From: an uncultured Acidobacteriota bacterium
GTDB taxonomy: Bacteria; Acidobacteriota; Thermoanaerobaculia; UBA5066; Gp7-AA6
DNA: 64,000 bases
NCBI GenBank assembly: GCA_963764025.1
Contig: CAVXRK010000009.1
Location: 175,442 to 239,441 of the forward strand
Direction: 5' to 3'
A program made the translations under genes and the position numbers. The notes below the pieces were generated by a model. It did not search any database. It had not been told where the DNA came from and saw only the letters and a program-made list of their open reading frames with translations. Positions 27,566-37,100 of the stretch are shown here, piece after piece (position 1 is the first letter of the stretch; each line of letters begins with the position of its first letter).

Positions 27566-28085
27566 GGGACGGGTAGTGAGGTTTCTTCGGCAAGCCGCCC
27601 TGCTCCTGCCCTCGGCTTTCCTCCTCGACGTGCTCGTTTTCCTTCTGACCCACGGACGCAAGGACCCGGGCTTCGGCACGTATCCCTTCTTCCAGGAGTG
27701 GCTGGGGGACCGGGTCGCCGTCGCCGCTCCGGAGCTGCGCTTCCTCGAGCAGGCGGCCGTCTTTTTCGTGCCGGCCTATGTTCTGTCGCTGTTCTTCATT
27801 CTCGCGATCGCCGTGGCCGAGCGCTCGCTCTTCGGTCCACGGAAGGTCCGCCGCAGCGGCGGCTTCGGCCGGGCGTTCGCGACGACCTACCCCGCCTTCT
27901 TTCTCGTGGGCAGCGCGGTCGTCATGTGGATGGCCGAGCGCGCGGCGCTGAGGCAGGCTCCCGGGGCCCTCGTCGCGCCCCTGATCGCGGCCGCGGCGCC
28001 CTTCGCCGGGGCGGCCCTCGCCATCGCGCCGGCCGCGGCTCTCGCCGGGCCGGTCGCGCTTCTTTCGAAAGTGAGCCCGGCATGA
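27564..28085 (+). CDS. Hypothetical integral membrane protein
   Basis: 173 aa with 4 hydrophobic segments. ATGA overlap with guaA. The start may instead be GTG at 27576. Confidence 0.5.
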   Translation: MGRVVRFLRQAALLLPSAFLLDVLVFLLTHGRKDPGFGTYPFFQEWLGDRVAVAAPELRFLEQAAVFFVPAYVLSLFFILAIAVAERSLFGPRKVRRSGGFGRAFATTYPAFFLVGSAVVMWMAERAALRQAPGALVAPLIAAAAPFAGAALAIAPAAALAGPVALLSKVSPA

Positions 28086-29617
28086 GCGCTCCCCGGTCGA
28101 TCGTCATCCTCGACTTCGGCGGCCAGTACACGCAGTTGATCGCCCGGCGTGTCCGCGACGCGCGGGTGTTCTCGGTCGTCCTCCCTCCCGGCGCTTCGGC
28201 GGAGGAGATCCGGCGCTGGAACCCCGCCGGCATCATCCTGTCGGGCGGGCCGCAGAGCGTGTACGAACCGGACGCGCCGAAGCCCTCGGGGGACCCGACG
28301 AGCCTCGGCGTCCCCGTTCTCGGCCTCTGCTACGGCATGCAGTGGCTCGCGCAGGCCGCCGGGGGAGAGGTCGCCAACGAGGGCCGCGAGTACGGCCGCG
28401 CGGTCGCGCGGCTGGCCCTCGACTCCGAGCTCTTTGCCGGCCTCGAGGCCGAACAGACCGTGTGGATGAACCACGGAGATTCGGTCGTCGCTCCGCCCCC
28501 GGGATTCCGCGTCATCGCATCGACTCCGACGACGCCGCTGGCAGGCTTCGAGAATCCGGCGCGGCGCGTCTGGGCCATCCAGTTTCATCCCGAGGTCCGG
28601 CACACGGTCCACGGGACCGAGGTCCTCGAGAACTTCCTCTTCCGCATCTGCAAGGTGGAGCCGAGCTGGACCATGGCCGGGTTCCGTCACGAGAAGGTGG
28701 AGGCGATCCGCCGCCAGGCGCCGACCGGCGCGGTCATCTGCGCCCTGTCGGGAGGCGTCGACTCGTCGGTCACCGCGCTCCTGCTCCGCGAGGCGCTGGG
28801 CGATCGCGTTCACCCGATCCTCGTCGACCACGGCCTGATGCGCGGCCACGAGCGTCACCAGGTCGTGGAGGCGTTCGCGCATCTCGGGATCGCGGTCCAT
28901 GCGGTCGACGCCGGCGACCTCTTCCTGTCGCGCCTCGCCGGGGTGACCGATCCGGAAGAGAAGCGCAAGATCATCGGGCGGACCTTCATCGACGTCTTCG
29001 AGAAAGAAGCGAAGTCGATTCCGGACGCCCGCTACCTGGCGCAGGGCACGCTCTACCCCGACGTCATCGAGTCCGTGTCGATCAAGGGCCCCTCGGCCGT
29101 CATCAAGACGCATCACAACGTCGGGGGGCTCCCCGAGCGGCTGGGCTTCGAGCTGATCGAGCCCGTCCGCGAGCTCTTCAAAGACGAGGTCCGCCTGCTC
29201 GGCGCGGAGCTCGGGCTGCCGCGGGAGTTCCTCGCGCGGCATCCCTTTCCGGGACCGGGGCTCGCCGTGCGCATCCCCGGCGAGGTCACGCGCGAGAAGG
29301 TGGCGATCCTGCAGAAGGCCGACGAGATCGTCCTCGACGAGATCCGGCGGGCCGGACTCTACGACGCCATCTCGCAGGCCTTCGCGGTGCTCCTGCCGGT
29401 CAAGTCCGTGGGCGTGATGGGCGACGGCCGGACCCACGAGTTCGTCCTGGCGGTGCGCGCCGTCCAGACGAGCGACTTCATGACGGCCGACTGGTTCCGG
29501 ATGCCCCACGAGGTGCTCGACGCGATCGCGAGCCGTGTCGTGTCGAGCGTGCGCGGCATCAACCGCGTCGTTTACGACATCACGTCGAAGCCCCCGGCCA
29601 CGATCGAGTGGGAATAG
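28082..29617 (+). CDS. guaA: GMP synthase (glutamine-hydrolysing)
   Basis: Real part of ORF 27698..29617 from ATG at 28082. LDFGGQYTQLIARR, GLCYGMQ, SGGVDSSV, KTHHNVGGLP, C-terminal ATIEWE. Confidence 0.97.
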   Translation: MSAPRSIVILDFGGQYTQLIARRVRDARVFSVVLPPGASAEEIRRWNPAGIILSGGPQSVYEPDAPKPSGDPTSLGVPVLGLCYGMQWLAQAAGGEVANEGREYGRAVARLALDSELFAGLEAEQTVWMNHGDSVVAPPPGFRVIASTPTTPLAGFENPARRVWAIQFHPEVRHTVHGTEVLENFLFRICKVEPSWTMAGFRHEKVEAIRRQAPTGAVICALSGGVDSSVTALLLREALGDRVHPILVDHGLMRGHERHQVVEAFAHLGIAVHAVDAGDLFLSRLAGVTDPEEKRKIIGRTFIDVFEKEAKSIPDARYLAQGTLYPDVIESVSIKGPSAVIKTHHNVGGLPERLGFELIEPVRELFKDEVRLLGAELGLPREFLARHPFPGPGLAVRIPGEVTREKVAILQKADEIVLDEIRRAGLYDAISQAFAVLLPVKSVGVMGDGRTHEFVLAVRAVQTSDFMTADWFRMPHEVLDAIASRVVSSVRGINRVVYDITSKPPATIEWE

Positions 29618-29629
29618 GGGGTGGGGTAA

Positions 29630-29652
29630 AACGCCGTGCGCCGCACGGCGTT
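29630..29652 (+). terminator. Perfect inverted repeat aacgccgtg..cacggcgtt, 13 nt after the guaA stop
   Basis: 9-11 bp stem with no U tract. May be a terminator or an RNA stability element. Confidence 0.35.
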
Positions 29653-29772
29653 CCCTACGGGCGGGGGTCTGCCTTCGGTGGTCGGGTCGACGTGCATTTC
29701 GGGGACCCCCAGCGGGCGGCTTCGAAGCCCCGAAATGCAGGTCTGACCCCAGGCGTCCTCTCGCTCTCAGAG

Positions 29773-29797
29773 AAAAAGGGCCCGCGAAAGCGGGCCC
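29773..29797 (-). terminator. Rho-independent terminator of the lipoprotein gene
   Basis: The minus strand reads gggcccgc-uuuc-gcgggccc followed by uuuuu, 26 nt after the stop at 29823. Confidence 0.65.
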
Positions 29798-29822
29798 TTC
29801 GAGCTTCCAAAGCGAAGACCGG

Positions 29823-30425
29823 CTACTTCGTCGCCGCCGCGGCGCCTCCGGACGCGTCCATCCCGAGCTGACCCATGGCCTCGGTCGCCTTGGCCTTGGC
29901 CGCGTTGCCCTTGGCGATCGCTTCCGTCCAGTTGCCCGCGGTCTGCGCGGCCTGGGCCTCGGTCCAGCCGTTCGTGGCGGCCGCGAGCCCGTCCTTGGCG
30001 GCCGCCAGCTTCGCCGCGTCCATGCCCTTCGGGAGCTTCTTCGACTGGGAGAGGATGTCGACCCGGCTCTTGAGGGCCTCGACCATCTTCGGCACGCCGT
30101 CGGCGAGCGAGTTCCACTGGGCCGCCAATTCGTCCTTCTTCGCCTTGGCCTTGGCCAGCACGTCGCCCGCCTTCTGCTGGACCGACGTCGCCGCGGCGAG
30201 TGCGCCCTTGTAGTCGCCCTTCGCGAAGGCGTCCTTGGCGGCGGCCAGATCGTCCGAGAGCGACTTGAACTCGTCCGGCACGAGGCGCTCGGCCTCGGCG
30301 CGCGCGCCGTTGACGGCTTCGTCGGCGAGCTTCAGGGCCGCCTCGGCCGGGGCCTTGCCGCTGTTGCAGGCGACCGCGAGGACGCAGGCCGCGACGGCGA
30401 AATACTTCCAGGACCGTTTGAGCAT
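29823..30425 (-). CDS. Lipoprotein, Ala/Lys-rich alpha-helical
   Basis: From MLKRSWKYFAVAACVLAVACNSG (lipobox LAVAC). AAGGAG SD 7 nt upstream. ORF 29823..30536 trimmed to this start. Confidence 0.65.
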   Translation of the reverse strand: MLKRSWKYFAVAACVLAVACNSGKAPAEAALKLADEAVNGARAEAERLVPDEFKSLSDDLAAAKDAFAKGDYKGALAAATSVQQKAGDVLAKAKAKKDELAAQWNSLADGVPKMVEALKSRVDILSQSKKLPKGMDAAKLAAAKDGLAAATNGWTEAQAAQTAGNWTEAIAKGNAAKAKATEAMGQLGMDASGGAAAATK

Positions 30426-30460
30426 GTTGTCTCCTTTTCGTTCATTCACGCTGGATGCGC

Positions 30461-30697
30461 TCAGACCTTCTTCGAAAGATCGGGATTGCGGGCCGGCCGG
30501 ACGGCGTCGTCGGCAGGCGCCCGGCGCTCTTTCCACAGGCCGAAGATCGCGGTCAGGGACGCCAGGACGATCTCGTCGACGAACGGGATCGGGTCGGGGA
30601 CGACGAGGTCCGCCAGGGTCGCGATGAGCAGAATGACAAAGAGCGCGGGAAATCGCAGGCCGAGCCGGCGAAATGCGCGGACGATCGCGCCCGGCAT
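30461..30697 (-). CDS. Small membrane protein (78 aa), DUF1232-like
   Basis: Two hydrophobic segments and a DLVVPDPIPFVDEIVL motif that resembles the YkvA/DUF1232 family. Confidence 0.45.
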   Translation of the reverse strand: MPGAIVRAFRRLGLRFPALFVILLIATLADLVVPDPIPFVDEIVLASLTAIFGLWKERRAPADDAVRPARNPDLSKKV

Positions 30698-30704
30698 CCG
30701 GGCC

Positions 30705-30908
30705 CTAGGGAATCCGGAGCTTCTGACCGACGCGGATCAGGTTCGGGTCCTTGAGGACGTCCTTGTTGGCCTCGAAGATCTTGGGGTAAAGGCTTGCGTC
30801 GCCGTAGTAATGCTGGGCGATCTTCGACAGCGTTTCGCCGCTCTTGACCTCGTGCCACTGGGTGAAATCGAACTGGCCGCCCTGGGTGCCCTTGGTTTCG
30901 TCCGGCAT
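30705..30908 (-). CDS. LysM domain protein (67 aa)
   Basis: C-terminal end of ORF 30705..32024 from MPDETKG. GAGGAGGA SD. LysM motif HEVKSGETLSKIAQHYYGD..Y.KIFEAN...L.DPNLI.VGQKLRIP. Confidence 0.8.
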   Translation of the reverse strand: MPDETKGTQGGQFDFTQWHEVKSGETLSKIAQHYYGDASLYPKIFEANKDVLKDPNLIRVGQKLRIP

Positions 30909-30932
30909 GGAGTCCTCCTCTCGGGGGGTTCG

Positions 30933-30955
30933 TCGCGGCTGGATTCGAGCCGCGA
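30933..30955 (-). terminator. Hairpin (8-bp stem, 7-nt loop) downstream of the aminotransferase stop
   Basis: tcgcggct-ggattcg-agccgcga. No U tract. Confidence 0.3.
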
Positions 30956-30979
30956 ACGTAAGGCGCGGGGACCGCGTTG

Positions 30980-32053
30980 TCAAGCGGCGCCGAGGGCCCG
31001 TCCGATCGCCGCGAGGCCTTCGCGCACCGCGTCGGGGTCGCCTCCGAAGGCGATCCGGAAGTGGGCCGGCGCGCCGAAGAAGCGGCCCGGCGCCACCGCC
31101 GTCCCGGTCTCGCGGAACAGCCGGTCGACGAAGGGGCCGGCGTCCGCGACTCCGGCGAGGCGCGGAAAGGCGAGGGTCGACCGCGGCGGCACCCACTCGA
31201 GCTCGGGCCGCGATTCGAGAAAGGCCGAGACCGCCGTCAGGTTCGCGTCGACGATGGCTCGCGCCCGCGCTTCCAGCCGGTCGAGGTGCGCGAAGGCGAC
31301 GACCGACATCCGGTCGGCCGGCATCGGCGCCCAGACGTCCACGACGTCGCGCGCACGCCGGATCGACTCGGCCACGGCGGGGGAGGCGAGCGCCCAGCCG
31401 CAGCGCAGGGACGCGAGGCCGAAGGACTTGGTGAGGGAGGAGGTCGAAACGAAGCGGTCGGAGAGGACCGCCGCGGGCGCGGGACGGCCGTCGAGCACGG
31501 TGTCGCGGTAGACCTCGTCGAAGAGCACGTGGATCCCGCGCTCCTCCGCAAGACGGGCGAGAGCGAGGACGCTCGACTCGGAGACGAGGGCGCCCGACGG
31601 ATTGTGCGGGTTCGTCAGGATCACGAGGCGCGTCCGGGGCGTCAGCGCGGCCGCCACGGCGTCGGGATCGACGTCGAACCCGTCCTCGAAGCGGCGGCGG
31701 AAGAAGGCGACGTCGGCCCCGAGCATGCGGGCCGCGGCCGGCAGAGGATCGTAGTGCGGGGTCTCGATGAGGACCGTGTCCCCGGTCGAGAGGAGCGCGG
31801 CGCAGGCGAGGAAGTTGGCGCCCGAGCAGCCGCCGCCGGTGGCGACGCGTTCCACGGAGACTCCGTGGCGGAGCGCGATCGCCTCGCGCAGCGGAACGTA
31901 GCCCTGGGGGCTTTCCCCGGCGATGTCCGCGGCGTCGCGCGCGCCGGGCAGGTCCTCGAGCCGGCAGGGAAGCAGGTTGGAGCCCGCGAGATCGATGCGC
32001 GGCCGCGGGCGCGACTTGGCCCATTCCATGTAGGGAGCCCGGGCGAGGGTCAT
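30980..32053 (-). CDS. PLP-dependent aminotransferase, class I/II
   Basis: Last 357 aa of the 2306-aa ORF, from ATG at 32053 (ATGA overlap with the permease stop). NPHNPSG, and SSLTKSFGLASLRCGW (PLP Lys). Confidence 0.85.
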   Translation of the reverse strand: MTLARAPYMEWAKSRPRPRIDLAGSNLLPCRLEDLPGARDAADIAGESPQGYVPLREAIALRHGVSVERVATGGGCSGANFLACAALLSTGDTVLIETPHYDPLPAAARMLGADVAFFRRRFEDGFDVDPDAVAAALTPRTRLVILTNPHNPSGALVSESSVLALARLAEERGIHVLFDEVYRDTVLDGRPAPAAVLSDRFVSTSSLTKSFGLASLRCGWALASPAVAESIRRARDVVDVWAPMPADRMSVVAFAHLDRLEARARAIVDANLTAVSAFLESRPELEWVPPRSTLAFPRLAGVADAGPFVDRLFRETGTAVAPGRFFGAPAHFRIAFGGDPDAVREGLAAIGRALGAA

Positions 32054-33372
32054 GCGCGGGGCTCCGCGCGGCCGCGGCACGCGAGGTATATGGGCGTCCC
32101 CGCCGCGATCATCACGACCCCGATTCCCGAGCGCACCGGGTTCGACCAGACCGCGCCGGCCACGACGAAGGCCGCGGCGGCGACGAAGAGAACCGGCACG
32201 AGCGGGACCAGGGGAGCCGCGAACATTCCTTTCGGCCGCTCGGCCGAGGGGATCCGGCGCCGCAGCCCGATCACCGCCGCGACGGTCAGGCCGAAGAAGA
32301 TCCAATCCGCGAAGACGACCGAGTCGATGAGGTCCCCGTAGGTCCCGGTCAGGACGAGGACGATCGACCACAGGGCCTGGAGCAGGATCGCGCGGTGCGG
32401 CGTCGCGAAGCGGGAATGCAGATTTCCGAAGCCCCGGAAGAAGACGCCGTCCTGGGCCATCGCGTAGGAGATGCGGGTCGGCCCGAGCAGCGACACGTCC
32501 AGGAAGCCGAAGGTCGAGACCGCGATGGCGGCGGCGATCCAGCGGTCCGCGCCGGAGCCGAAGATGCGCGCCACGGCGTCGGCGGCCGGCGTCGCCGTCG
32601 CCGCCAGGCCGTCGCGCGTCAGGGTCGCGAGGTAGACGAAGTTGACGGCCACGTAGACGATCACGACGAGCACGGTCCCCGCCACCAGCGCGCGCGGCAG
32701 GGTCCTTTCCGGGGAACGGATCTCCTCGGCGACGGTGTTGGCGCTCTGCCACCCGCCGTAGGAGAACAGGATCGGCACGAGGGCCGCCGCGAAGGCGAAG
32801 AACGTCGCCGGCGGGCGGGTGGAGGGCGCCGCGACGTGCGGAGCCGCGAGGGACGGGGCGACCCAGAGGCCTCCCAGGATCAGGACCGCGAGGGCGGCGA
32901 TCTTCAGCACGACGAGCACGTTCAGGAGGCGGCTGCCGGGCTTCACGCCGGCCGTGTTCACGAGCGCGACGATGGCGATGGCGCCGACGGCCAGGGCCTT
33001 GGGGCTTCCCCCGGAGGCGCCGGTCAGCCGCAACGTGTACTGCGCGAAGGTGATGGCCACGGCGGCGATGCCGCCGCCCTGGATCATCACGAGCGACGCC
33101 CAGCCGAACAGGAAGCCGACCAGGGGGTGGTAGGCCTCGCGCAGGTAGGCGTACTCGCCGCCCGCGCGCGGGTACAGGGCCGCGAGCTCGGCGAAGGCGA
33201 ACGCTCCGGCGAGCGCGATGGCCCCGCCCGCGATCCAGGCCCAGAGCACGGGCCCGGCGGAGGGCAGCCGCTGCGCGACGATGTAGGGATTGATGAAGAT
33301 GCCGGCGCCGATGATTCCGCCGACGACGAGCATCGTCGCGTCGAAGGTCCCGAGGGCGCGGCGGAAGGACAC
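32050..33372 (-). CDS. APC-superfamily amino-acid permease
   Basis: 440 aa with 12 predicted TM segments. GAGIF and FSYGGWQ motifs. Confidence 0.9.
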   Translation of the reverse strand: MSFRRALGTFDATMLVVGGIIGAGIFINPYIVAQRLPSAGPVLWAWIAGGAIALAGAFAFAELAALYPRAGGEYAYLREAYHPLVGFLFGWASLVMIQGGGIAAVAITFAQYTLRLTGASGGSPKALAVGAIAIVALVNTAGVKPGSRLLNVLVVLKIAALAVLILGGLWVAPSLAAPHVAAPSTRPPATFFAFAAALVPILFSYGGWQSANTVAEEIRSPERTLPRALVAGTVLVVIVYVAVNFVYLATLTRDGLAATATPAADAVARIFGSGADRWIAAAIAVSTFGFLDVSLLGPTRISYAMAQDGVFFRGFGNLHSRFATPHRAILLQALWSIVLVLTGTYGDLIDSVVFADWIFFGLTVAAVIGLRRRIPSAERPKGMFAAPLVPLVPVLFVAAAAFVVAGAVWSNPVRSGIGVVMIAAGTPIYLACRGRAEPRA

Positions 33373-33384
33373 CGGGCGGCGGTC

Positions 33385-34053
33385 CTATCGGGCGCGGGAC
33401 TGGACGCGAACGATCGAAACCCCTTCGAATCGGCCGCGTCCGTCGAATTCGAAGCCGACGTACGCGTTGCCGAGGACCTTGCAGGCGTGGCAGCCGTCCT
33501 TCAGATCGTAGGTCATGACATAGCCGATGCCGCCATCGGCGCGGCGCGCGACGCGCGGAAACCGCGGAGAACCTCGATCGCCCGGGAAGATCTGGACGTT
33601 CGGATGGGTCCGGAGGAGAGCGGCATAGACCGAGTTTCGCTCGAAGACCCTGGACGAGATCAGGGAGGGATCGTCGACGTCGATCGTGGGCGGCTCGCCG
33701 TTGACGAGGAAGACCAGGCGGTTTTCGTTGGCGCGGAAGGGGTAAACCGCGTAAGCCACGTCGACGATGCCGGCCTTCCGGAACTGCGTCAGGTAGCCCT
33801 GGCCCCCCGTCCGCTTCGCGAAGTCGACCGCGGCCGCCGGCGCGCCGGCCTTCTTCATCGCGCGGAGAAAGCAGGCGCTCATGTCCTTCCCCGCCCCGTC
33901 GCACGCGGCGTGAAACGCGTCGCGAAACTCGACCGGCGGCGTCCAGACGGCCTCGGGTCCGACCGGCGCCACGGCCGCCGGCGAGACCTTCGGCGCGGGC
34001 GGGGCCGCGGACACGAGCCAGGCCGCGGCCGCGAGATACGTCAGGTTCTTCAT
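33385..34053 (-). CDS. Secreted hypothetical protein
   Basis: ORF 33385..34071 with the start taken at MKNLTYLAAAAWLVSAA (signal peptide). No known motifs. Confidence 0.5.
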   Translation of the reverse strand: MKNLTYLAAAAWLVSAAPPAPKVSPAAVAPVGPEAVWTPPVEFRDAFHAACDGAGKDMSACFLRAMKKAGAPAAAVDFAKRTGGQGYLTQFRKAGIVDVAYAVYPFRANENRLVFLVNGEPPTIDVDDPSLISSRVFERNSVYAALLRTHPNVQIFPGDRGSPRFPRVARRADGGIGYVMTYDLKDGCHACKVLGNAYVGFEFDGRGRFEGVSIVRVQSRAR

Positions 34054-34114
34054 CGTGCGATCGTCGCCCAACTATACGCGGCCCGAGATCGTCGCCGGCG
34101 TCTTCCCGATCGCT

Positions 34115-34120
34115 TATGAT
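34115..34120 (+). promoter_or_regulatory. Candidate -10 box TATGAT, 9 nt upstream of the dnaE ATG
   Basis: A rare AT-rich hexamer in the divergent intergenic region, with no SD before the ATG. Confidence 0.3.
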
Positions 34121-34129
34121 CGAGACTCG

Positions 34130-37100
34130 ATGCCCGGCGACTTCGTTCACCTTCACCTCCACAGTCAGTACTCCCTCCTCGACGGCGCCAACAAGCTCCC
34201 GGAGCTCTGCAAGCGCGTCGCGGAGCTCGGAATGCCGGCGGTCGCCGTCACCGACCACGGGAACATGTTCGGCGCGTTTCATTTTTTCCACGAGGCGCTG
34301 CAGAACGGAGTGCGGCCGATCATCGGGGTCGAGGCGTACATCGCGCCGGGGGACCGCCGGGACCGCGAGGAGAAGGCGGCGAGCGAGTCGGGGGAGGGCT
34401 ACGCCTATCACCTGACGCTTCTCGCCGCGACGCAGAAGGGCTATCGCAACCTCGTCCGCCTCGTCTCCGAGGCGTACACCTCGGGCTTCTACCACCGGCC
34501 CCGCATGGACAAGGCGCTCCTGCGGGAGCACGCGGAGGGCCTGATCGGCCTGTCGGGCTGCCTCAAGGGCGAGGTCGCGGGGGCGCTCTCGCGGGGCAAC
34601 TTCGGGGCGGCCAAGCGGGCGTTTCTCGAGTACGAGGAGATCTTCGGGAAGGGCAACTTCTACGTCGAAATCATGGATCACGGCCTGCCCCAGCAGACGG
34701 CGATCGTGCCGGACCTCCTGCGGCTCGCGACGGAAACCGGAGCCCCGGCCGTCGCGACCAACGACAGCCACTACCTGCGCCGCGACGACGCCTTCCCGCA
34801 CGAGGTCCTGCTCTGCATCGGGATGGGCAAGACCCTCGAGGACGAGCGCCGGATGCGCTTCTACAACGACGAGTTCTACGTCAAGGACCCGGACGAGATG
34901 CTGGCGCGCTTCAAGTCGTGGAGCGTCGAGGCCGTCACGAACACGGTCGCGGTCGCCGAGCGTTGCGCGGTGTCGTTCGACACCGACGGCCTGCACCTGC
35001 CGACCTTCACCGCCCCCGACGGCCGCCCGCCCGCCGACTACTTCCGGGACCTCGCCCGGGAGGGCCTCGAGCGGCGCCTCGCGGAGCTCGACGCGGAGGC
35101 CGGCGCCGGGGTCGAGCGGATCCCGACGGAGAAGTACCGCGAGCGGCTCGAGTACGAGATCACGGTCATCGAAAAGATGGGGTTCCCCTCGTACTTCCTG
35201 ATCGTGTCCGACTTCATCCGCCACGCCCGCGAGAAGGGGATCGCGGTCGGCCCGGGCCGGGGCAGCGCCGCCGGCTCGATCGTGTCGTGGGCCCTGCGCA
35301 TCACCGAGATCGACCCGCTCCGCTACGACCTGCTCTTCGAGCGCTTCCTGAACCCCGAGCGGATCTCGATGCCGGACATCGACATCGACTTCTGCCAGGC
35401 CCGGCGCGGGGAAGTCATCGAGTACGTGACCAAGAAGTACGGGCGCGAGAACGTCGCCCAGATCGTGACCTTCTCGCAGTTGAAGCCGAAGCTCGCGGTG
35501 CGCGACGTGGCGCGGGTCCTTTCGCTCCCGGTGGCGCTCGGCGACCGGATCGCCAAGCTCGTGCCGGATGGGCCCGACGTCAACTTCGAGCGGGCCTTCC
35601 GGGACTCGCCGGGCCTCAAGGAAGCGATGGCGTCGGACGAGTCGATCGCCAAGGTCGTGCGGATCGCCGAGCGGCTCGAGGGCCTGTCCCGGCACGCCGG
35701 GATGCACGCCGCGGGCGTCGTCATCGCGCCGCGCCCGATCACCGAATACCTGCCGCTCTACCGGACCAACAAGGACGAAATCACGACGCAGTTCGACATG
35801 AACGCCGTCGAGAAGATGGGCCTCCTCAAGATCGACTTCCTCGGCCTGATCACGCTCGACGTCCTCGAGGCGACCGTTGCGGCCGTGAAGGAGCGCCTCG
35901 GGGCGACGATCGACCTCGACCATCTGCCGCTCGACGACGAACCGACCTTCGAGCTCTTTCGCTCGGGGCGGACGGCGTGCGTCTTCCAGTTCGATTCGGG
36001 CGGGATGCGGGACCTGCTGCGCCGCGCCAAGCCGCGGGTCTTCCCGGACCTCGCCGCCTTGAACGCGCTCTACCGCCCCGGGGCCCTCGACGCGGGCACG
36101 GTCGAGGATTACGTCCGGCGGCGCGGCGGGACGCGCGTGACCTATCCGCTGCCGGAGCTCGAACCGATCCTCGCGGAGACCCTCGGCATCCTGGTCTACC
36201 AGGAACAGGTCATGCGCATCGCGCAGACCGTCGCGGGCTACTCCCTGGCCGAGGCCGACCTCCTGCGCAAGGCGATCGGCAAGAAGAAGCGCGAGATCAT
36301 GGAGGCCGAGGCGGAGAAGTTCCTCCGGCGCTCGGTCGAGCACGGCACGCCCAGAAAAAAGGCGCAGGAGCTGTGGTCGCTGATCGAGCCCTTCGCGCGC
36401 TACGGCTTCAACAAGTCGCACGCCGTGGCCTACGCCCTGGTCGCCTACAAAACCGCGTATCTCAAGGCGCACTACCCGGTCGACTTCTTCGCGGCCAACC
36501 TTTCGGCCGAGATCGGCTCGACCGACGGCATCGTGAAGGTTCTGGGCGACTGCCAGGAGTCCGGGATCCCGGTCCTGCCTCCCGACATCAACGAGTCCGC
36601 GGAGAGCTTCGCGGCGGTGGGTTCGTCGATCCGCTTCGGGCTCGCGGCGATCAAGGGCGTCGGCGAGGCCGCGGCCCACGCGATCCTCGACGAGCGGACC
36701 AAGAAGCCCTTCGTCTCCTTCACCGACTTCACCGAGCGGATGGACTCGCGGCTCGTCAACAAGCGCACCCTCGACGCTCTGATCTCGGCCGGCGCCTTCG
36801 ATTCGCTGGGGAAGAACCGCGCGACCCTCGCGGCGGCCTGCGAGCGCGCGCTCGCCCGGGCCGCCCGCCGGCGCGAGGAGGCCGAGCTCGGCCAGTCGAA
36901 CCTCTTCGGGGGCGGGCCGGTCGAGGAGGGCTCGGCCGGCGACGACTTCCCGCACCTCCCGGAGTGGCCGCTCGACCAGAAGCTGAAGGGCGAGAAGGAC
37001 ACGCTCGGCTTCTACGTGACGGGACACCCCCTGACGCGCTTCGCCGACGAGATCGAGCGCTTCGCCGAGGCGAGGATCGCGGACCTCGCGGGCCGCGTCG

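Noticed and set aside
29700-29745. tRNA-like T-arm (ggcttcgaagcc) in the guaA downstream region
   Set aside because: No acceptor, D or anticodon arms can be drawn around it. It is a simple palindrome within a larger hairpin.
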